Shown here in pieces: positions 57,856 to 64,000 of a DNA stretch of 64,000 nt (within the stretch, counting starts at the first letter, position 1; the number at the start of each line of letters is the position of its first letter). A program made the translations under genes and the position numbers. This DNA is from a virus. Where the stretch lies: IMG/VR virus record IMGVR_UViG_3300021962_000026. One strand, given 5' to 3'. The notes beneath the pieces are model-generated. The model was not told the DNA's origin. It made no database searches and worked only from the letters and a program-made list of their open reading frames with translations.

Positions 57856-58440
57856 ATGGCCAAACAAACGGTAAACATTGGTGCGGCAGCCAACGATGGC
57901 ACAGGCGATGCATTACGCACTGCTTTTGATAAAATCAACGACAATTTTAATGAGTTATATGCAGTTACTGGTGCGGGCACAGGTCAAAATATTGCTATAA
58001 GTGGTAACAGTGTTATTAGTGAAAATAGCAATGGAAATATCATTCTTGACCCTAATGGGACAGGCCGTGTAGTTTTAGCAACATCAGCAGAACTAAGATT
58101 TACTACACATACTGATAATGCTGTTCTATATGTAGATTCAGACGGTGATGTACAGTTAAGTTCCGCTCTTACTTTTAATGGATCAACTCTAAGCACAACT
58201 GGATCCATTAGTGTTAATTCAAGATTAAAATTTGAAAATAATGTTATAAGCACACAAACTACAAATGATGATATTGATATAGATCCTGCAGGAACTGGGC
58301 TTGTAAACTTTAATATTGCAACACAAACTACAGTTGGCGCAGCAGGCATTGCAAACGCACTACCAGCAACTCCAGAAGGATATGCACAGTTTAAAATCAA
58401 TGGTACAGCATATGTTATTCCATTTTATCTAGTAAGTTAA
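57856..58440 (+). CDS. virion protein with T4 gp9/gp10-type N-terminal domain
   Basis: MAKQTVNIG..NDGTGD.LR.AF.KINDNF.ELY matches the gp10-type N-terminus; AAGGAG SD. Confidence 0.75.
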   Translation: MAKQTVNIGAAANDGTGDALRTAFDKINDNFNELYAVTGAGTGQNIAISGNSVISENSNGNIILDPNGTGRVVLATSAELRFTTHTDNAVLYVDSDGDVQLSSALTFNGSTLSTTGSISVNSRLKFENNVISTQTTNDDIDIDPAGTGLVNFNIATQTTVGAAGIANALPATPEGYAQFKINGTAYVIPFYLVS

Positions 58441-58451
58441 GGAGTTGATTG

Positions 58452-60137
58452 ATGGCTAAACAAACTGTCAATATTGGCACAAACCAAGACGATGGTACAG
58501 GCGATCTACTCAGAGTTGCCTTTCAAAAAATAAATAGCAACTTTACTGAACTTTACAATGAAGTAGGTGGAGACAGTTTAAGTAATTTACGCTTTAGTGG
58601 TAGTACAATTACAACTGACACAACGAATAGCAACCTAATTCTTAATCCAAATGGAACAGGACAAGTAAGAGTAGAAGGTAACAGTTTATTTGTTGGCGAT
58701 ATTACAGTAACTGGCGATGCTACTATACAAACAGACCTAGCAGTTACTGGTAATACAGCATTGACTGGCACATTGACAGTAACAGGAGTAACCACCCTTG
58801 GAACATTGGTTATTACTAGTGTAAGTGCAGGAAGTGGAACATATACAGGAAATTTAACCGTACAAGGTAATACTGATCTACAAGGTAATGTAGACATAGG
58901 CGATACCTCAACTGATACTGTTACTGTTACTGGTAGATTCGATAGCAGTTTAGTACCAAGTATTACAGAAACAAATGACATAGGTAGTAGCAGTTTACGC
59001 TGGAGAGACATATACGCTCAAGATGGTAATTTTAGTGGTAACATTGATGTTACTGGTAATGTTACTATTGGGGGTAATATTACAATAGGCGATGCTAACA
59101 CTGATAGTATAACAATCACTGCTGATCTTACTAGTGATATTATTCCCAATGCAGGTAGTACATATGACATAGGTGCTATTGGCAAAACATGGCAAAATGT
59201 TTATGCAGATGGATTTACAGGAAATTTAACTGGCAATGTAACAGGTGATGTAACTGGTAATATTACATCAAGTGGAGCAAGTTCATTTAGCGGAACTGTT
59301 GATTTATCTGGCGCTACTGTTAGTAATGCTGCTTTTAACTTAACAGGCGATCTAACTGGAAATGTTACTGGAAACATATCAAGCAGTGGTACAAGTACTT
59401 TTGCTACTATAGATATTAACACTGCTATGACTGTAGGAACAAGTGTTACACTAGATGCATCTACAACTTTCGATGCTGGCGCAAACAAACTTACTAATTT
59501 ATCAGATCCAACCTTAGCACAAGACGCTGCAACCAAAGCGTATGTAGATAGTGCTGTTAATTGGATTCTTGTAGATGATACAAGCACTGCTACTACTATT
59601 ACTGGTGGCGAATATCTAGCAATACTTGGTGGCAGTGGTGTTAGTACAGTAACAACAAATGATACTCTTACTATTAGTAGTACTGATACTCTTGCAACAG
59701 TTACTAGTAGAGGTAGTAGTACTAGTACAGCAGTAAACTTTACTAGTGGAGTCACGGCAAGTCAACTTATAGTAGACAGTATTACTATAAACGACAACAA
59801 CATAACCACAAACACGACAAATGCTGACCTTATGCTAGTTCCTGGTGGCGTAGGGAATGTAGTAGTAGATAGTAGTATAAGGCTTACTCAACAGGGTGGA
59901 GATCCACCTGTAGACTCAAGCAGCGGTTATGTTTATGTTAAAGATGATTCTGGTGCAGAAGTGCATGTAATGGACGGTGCTGGAAACATAACTAAAATTT
60001 CTCCGCATAATGATGCTGGCGAATGGGAATATTACAGTGTTAACAAACGAACTGGTAAAACAATTCGTATCAACATGGAACGTATGATTCGTAAACTAGA
60101 AGAACTTACTGGCGAAACTTTTATAGAGACTAAATAA
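58452..60137 (+). CDS. fibre-like virion protein with gp9/gp10-type N-terminal domain
   Basis: MAKQTVNIG.NQDDGTGD.LR.AF.KINSNF.ELY; GNLTGNVTG repeats; DAATKAYVD. Confidence 0.75.
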   Translation: MAKQTVNIGTNQDDGTGDLLRVAFQKINSNFTELYNEVGGDSLSNLRFSGSTITTDTTNSNLILNPNGTGQVRVEGNSLFVGDITVTGDATIQTDLAVTGNTALTGTLTVTGVTTLGTLVITSVSAGSGTYTGNLTVQGNTDLQGNVDIGDTSTDTVTVTGRFDSSLVPSITETNDIGSSSLRWRDIYAQDGNFSGNIDVTGNVTIGGNITIGDANTDSITITADLTSDIIPNAGSTYDIGAIGKTWQNVYADGFTGNLTGNVTGDVTGNITSSGASSFSGTVDLSGATVSNAAFNLTGDLTGNVTGNISSSGTSTFATIDINTAMTVGTSVTLDASTTFDAGANKLTNLSDPTLAQDAATKAYVDSAVNWILVDDTSTATTITGGEYLAILGGSGVSTVTTNDTLTISSTDTLATVTSRGSSTSTAVNFTSGVTASQLIVDSITINDNNITTNTTNADLMLVPGGVGNVVVDSSIRLTQQGGDPPVDSSSGYVYVKDDSGAEVHVMDGAGNITKISPHNDAGEWEYYSVNKRTGKTIRINMERMIRKLEELTGETFIETK

Positions 60138-60300
60138 TATTAGTTAGACGCTCGTTTCTAACACCATCCCCCCTTCTACATGCCTATCGTTACGATGTTT
60201 TCGGCATCGTTTCCTGCTGGCTATGCAAAAAACCCTTAAAATAAAATAAATAAGGTTAGAATATGTAAATCATATCTTATCCGTGGAGGGAAAATTTAAT

Positions 60301-63300
60301 ATGGCCATAACACGTATTAAAACCAACCAGATTACAGATCTTGCAGTTACTAATGCTAAGATTGCTAATTCTACCATTGCCGGCGGTAAATTAGCCGACG
60401 ATCTTACATATGGCAGTAACCTTACTGTTTCTGGTAACCTAACAGTTAGTGGTACAACCACAGCAGTTAGTACAACAAACACACGAGTTGATGACGCTAT
60501 CATTACTTTGGCTCAGGGCACATCCGGTGCTCCAACTGAAGATGCTGGTATCTTAATTGACCGTGGTAGTTCTTCCAACGTTGCTTTACTATGGGATGAA
60601 TCAGCAGATCAATTTGTTCTTGCTGATGTCGGATCAGAAGACGGTGACACAGCTGGAAACGTAACTATTAGCTCCTACAGCCCACTTCAAATTGGCGAAC
60701 TTACAGCAACAGGCGCAACGGCTGGTAATGTCCAAGTTGGCGTTACAGGAGACAACGAAATTGACACATCAAGCGGCAACTTAACCATCGACAGTGCTGG
60801 TGGTACTATTACACTTGATGACAATGTTACTATTAGTGGAACATTAAGTGTTTCAGGTGGTAATTTAACAACAAACGTTACTGACACACAAGTAATGTTT
60901 TCAAGCAGCGGCGTTATTTCTGGCGCAGCAACCCTTACCTGGGACGGCACAGACCTAACAGCAGGCAGTGCAAAAATTAGTGACCTTACAGATAACAGAA
61001 TTGTTATTGCTGGTGCAAGTGGTGCTATTGAAGACGACGCAAACCTTACAATGGACGGAACAACCTTTAAAGTTGGTGGTGGCTATGGCTCAACAGGCTT
61101 TAGCATTACAATGGAAGGTAACACAAGCACAAACGGTACACTTACCGTAGACGGCACATCAACACTTGGTGTTATTAATGCAAGTGGACTTGCTTCACTT
61201 GATGGTGGTATTGATGTTGATGGTGCTTTCACAGTAGCAGACACATCAGGTAATGTTGCTACAACTGGTACACTAGATGTAGGCGGTCTTGCCTCACTTG
61301 ATGGTGGTATTGATGTTGATGGTGCATTTACTGTTGCAGACACATCAGGTAATGTTGTTACCACTGGTACATTAAGTGCAGGTGCAACTACATTATCAAG
61401 CGCAGCGATTAGTGACTTAACAGATAATCGCATTGTGTTTGCAGGTGCTAGCGGTGAACTAGAAGACAGTGCAAACCTAACTTTTGATGGTACTACATTT
61501 GAAGTTGGTGGTGGTTACGGTGCTACTGGTGTTGATATCGCTATGGATGGTAACATCAGCACAAACGGTACACTAACTGTTGACGGTACTTCAACACTAG
61601 GTGTTGTTAACGCAAGTGGTCTTGCATCACTTGATGGTGGTATTGATGTAGACGGTGCATTTACCGTAGCAGATACAACAGGTAATGTTGTTACAAGTGG
61701 TACATTAAGTGCTGGTAATACATCAGTTGCTACACTAGATGCTTCAGGTCTTGCTTCACTAGATGGTGGTATTGACGTAGATGGCGCATTTACAGTAGCA
61801 GATACAACAGGTAATGTTAATACAACTGGTACACTCACCGTTGGCGGTGCAACTACACTTAATGGTGCAGTTACATTAGGCGACGCAAGTGGCGACGCTA
61901 TTACTGTTACAGGTACAGCAACATTTGGTCAAAGTGCAGACTTTGACGGCGGCTTTACAGTTGCAGCAAGTCAAACAATTGACGTTGGTACAAACAAAAT
62001 CACTAACATGGCTGATCCAGTTTCAAACCAAGATGCAGCAACCAAAGCATATGTTGACTCACAGACATCAGGAACAAATACAACTGTTACTGACGGAAGT
62101 GCAAGTGATACATTTATCCTTGGTGACACAATTACATTTTCTGCTACAGCAAATGAAACAACAACCGCGGTTACAGTAGGCGGTAGTGGTCCAATTGTTA
62201 CTATTGGTTTACCAGACGATGTTACAATCGGTGGTGTACTTACAGTTACAGGCAACTTGGTTGTTAACGGTACAACTACTACACTATCAACAACTAACTC
62301 AGTAGTTGAAGACAACTTGATCGAGTTAGGTAACGGCACAACTGGCGTTCCTGCTAATGACTCAGGTCTTATCATCGAACGTGGTGATTCCGCCAATGCA
62401 TTGTTTATCTGGGACGAATCAGCAGATGTCTTCGCATTTGGTACTACATCAGCAGCCGCAAGTGCAACTGGTAATATCACATTTACAGATGCTGGTATTA
62501 GTGCAAGTACAGGTGCTTTCAGTAGTACACTAAGCGTAACTGGCACAACTACAGCAGGCGTTGTAAACCTAAGCGGTCTACTAAGTGCAGATGCTGGTAT
62601 TGATGTTGATGGAGCATTTACAGTTGCTGACACATCAGGTAATGTTGCTACAACTGGTACACTAGATGTAGGCGGTCTTGCCTCACTTGATGGCGGTATT
62701 GATGTAGATGGTGCGTTTACCGTAGCAAATACATCAGGTAACATTGCTACAACTGGTACATTAAATGTTACTAGTACCTCAACTCTTGGTGTTATCAACG
62801 CAAGTGGACTTGCTTCACTTGACGGTGGTATTGATGTTGATGGTGCGTTCACCGTAGCAGATACATCAGGTAACGTTGTTACAACTGGTACATTAAGCGC
62901 AGGTGCAACTACATTATCAAGCGCAGCCGTAAGTGACCTAACAAACAATCGTATTGTTATTGCTGGCACAAGCGGTGAACTAGAAGACGATGCAAACCTA
63001 ACATTTGACGGCACAACTTTTGAAGTTGGCGGTGGTTACGGCGCAACTGGTGTTGACATTGATATGTCAGGTAACATTAGTGCTAATGGCGGTATTACTG
63101 TTGATGGTACTTCAACACTTGGTATTATCAACGCAAGTGGACTTGCTTCACTTGACGGTGGTATTGATGTAGACGGCGCATTTACTGTTGCTGACTCAAC
63201 AGGTAATGTTAGCACAAGTGGTACATTAGATGTTACTGGTACTTCAACACTTGGTGTCATTAATGCAAGTGGACTAGCAAGCCTAGACGCTGGTATTGAT

Positions 63301-64000
63301 GTAGATGGTGCATTTACAGTAGCAGATACAACAGGTAATGTTGTTACAACAGGTACATTAACTGCTGGTAATACATCAGTTGGTACACTTGATGCTTCCG
63401 GTCTAGCAAGCCTAGACGGCGGTATTGATGTTGACGGTGCGTTTACTGTTGCAAATACATCAGGTAATGTGAGCACAAGTGGCACATTGGCTGCTGGTAA
63501 TACAACAATTACAGGTACATTGGACGTTACTGGACTTGCAAGTCTTGATGGTGGTATTGATGTTGATGGTGCGTTTACAGTTGCTGATACATCAGGTAAC
63601 GTTGCAACAACTGGTACACTAAGTGCTGGTGCAACTACACTTTCAAGTGCTGCTGTTAGTGACCTAACAAGTGGTCGTGTAGTACTTGCAGGTACTAGTG
63701 GTGAACTAGAAGATAGTGGTAACTTAACATTTAATGGTAGTACACTTGCTGTTACAGGTGCTATTACAGCATCAAGCAATGTTGACATTGCAGACGCCGG
63801 CTCACTAAGAGTTGGTACAGGCAATGACTTTACTATCAACCATAATGGTACAGACACAACTATTGCAAACGGTACTGGTATCCTTGCTATTAACGGTACA
63901 GCAACTAGCTCAATTCGTGTTAACGAAGCAGGCGCAAATGTTGACTTTGTTGTAGAAGGTGATAGTAACACTGCACTACTAACAGTTGATGCAAGTGGTG
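60301..64000 (+). CDS. very large repetitive tail-fibre/virion protein (partial, >1230 aa, runs off window; absent from ORF track)
   Basis: ATG 60301 (MAITRIKTNQITD) after GGAGGG SD and AATAAATA (60245-52); frame open to the window end (...TVDASG). Confidence 0.85.
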   Translation, partial: MAITRIKTNQITDLAVTNAKIANSTIAGGKLADDLTYGSNLTVSGNLTVSGTTTAVSTTNTRVDDAIITLAQGTSGAPTEDAGILIDRGSSSNVALLWDESADQFVLADVGSEDGDTAGNVTISSYSPLQIGELTATGATAGNVQVGVTGDNEIDTSSGNLTIDSAGGTITLDDNVTISGTLSVSGGNLTTNVTDTQVMFSSSGVISGAATLTWDGTDLTAGSAKISDLTDNRIVIAGASGAIEDDANLTMDGTTFKVGGGYGSTGFSITMEGNTSTNGTLTVDGTSTLGVINASGLASLDGGIDVDGAFTVADTSGNVATTGTLDVGGLASLDGGIDVDGAFTVADTSGNVVTTGTLSAGATTLSSAAISDLTDNRIVFAGASGELEDSANLTFDGTTFEVGGGYGATGVDIAMDGNISTNGTLTVDGTSTLGVVNASGLASLDGGIDVDGAFTVADTTGNVVTSGTLSAGNTSVATLDASGLASLDGGIDVDGAFTVADTTGNVNTTGTLTVGGATTLNGAVTLGDASGDAITVTGTATFGQSADFDGGFTVAASQTIDVGTNKITNMADPVSNQDAATKAYVDSQTSGTNTTVTDGSASDTFILGDTITFSATANETTTAVTVGGSGPIVTIGLPDDVTIGGVLTVTGNLVVNGTTTTLSTTNSVVEDNLIELGNGTTGVPANDSGLIIERGDSANALFIWDESADVFAFGTTSAAASATGNITFTDAGISASTGAFSSTLSVTGTTTAGVVNLSGLLSADAGIDVDGAFTVADTSGNVATTGTLDVGGLASLDGGIDVDGAFTVANTSGNIATTGTLNVTSTSTLGVINASGLASLDGGIDVDGAFTVADTSGNVVTTGTLSAGATTLSSAAVSDLTNNRIVIAGTSGELEDDANLTFDGTTFEVGGGYGATGVDIDMSGNISANGGITVDGTSTLGIINASGLASLDGGIDVDGAFTVADSTGNVSTSGTLDVTGTSTLGVINASGLASLDAGIDVDGAFTVADTTGNVVTTGTLTAGNTSVGTLDASGLASLDGGIDVDGAFTVANTSGNVSTSGTLAAGNTTITGTLDVTGLASLDGGIDVDGAFTVADTSGNVATTGTLSAGATTLSSAAVSDLTSGRVVLAGTSGELEDSGNLTFNGSTLAVTGAITASSNVDIADAGSLRVGTGNDFTINHNGTDTTIANGTGILAINGTATSSIRVNEAGANVDFVVEGDSNTALLTVDASG
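61185..63640 (+). repeat. intragenic tandem/dispersed repeats encoding GLASLDGGIDVDGAFTVADTSGNV
   Basis: About 11 copies with DGGIDVDG/DAGIDVDG at 61201, 61300, 61633, 61762, 62590, 62689, 62821, 63154, 63286, 63415, 63547. Confidence 0.9.

Noticed and set aside
61185-63640. Repeats considered as a CRISPR array or DGR template/variable repeats
   Set aside because: They are in-frame coding repeats varying mostly at synonymous sites, with no unique spacers, no adenine-specific pattern, and no cas or RT gene in the window
60270-63971. Long minus-strand ORFs (up to 347 aa) with repeats
   Set aside because: Antisense shadows of the plus-strand repetitive fibre gene starting at 60301
1-64000. tRNA/rRNA genes, introns/inteins and stop-codon reassignment
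   Set aside because: No cloverleaf seen in the intergenic gaps inspected; core genes are full length and uninterrupted under the standard code

Overview
64 kb of a large T4-like (Tevenvirinae-type/jumbo) myophage genome, AT-rich and read with the standard genetic code. The left half (minus strand) is a late baseplate/tail-fibre operon: gp48/54-like, gp53, hub, gp5, gp25, gp6, a 4523-aa gp7-like wedge protein and fibres, followed by a small glycan-modification cluster. The centre holds gp55 late sigma, gp47/gp46 and a short GIY-YIG nuclease followed by a ~400-nt, GC-richer, heavily base-paired non-coding region, then gp51/gp26-like tail/hub chaperones. The right half (plus strand) holds tape measure, portal gp20, core proteins, gp21, gp22, major capsid gp23 and a long run of modular virion/fibre genes, the last running off the window. 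Single accessory genes (methyltransferase, sulfotransferase, SGNH hydrolase, HtrA/DegP protease) sit between core genes. Best leads: (1) a candidate ornate ncRNA coupled to a catalytic-domain-only GIY-YIG nuclease, next to origin-like DNA hairpins; (2) a predicted -1 frameshift (T TTT TTC) fusing gp26 to the gp51-like ORF, analogous to lambda G/GT; (3) recurrent regulatory architectures: terminator hairpins built into sigma70 promoters, a late promoter inside the gp55 promoter, and anti-SD gates upstream of late promoters; (4) a possible virion glycosylation toolkit. All calls are from motif recognition by eye; no database searches or folding programs were run.
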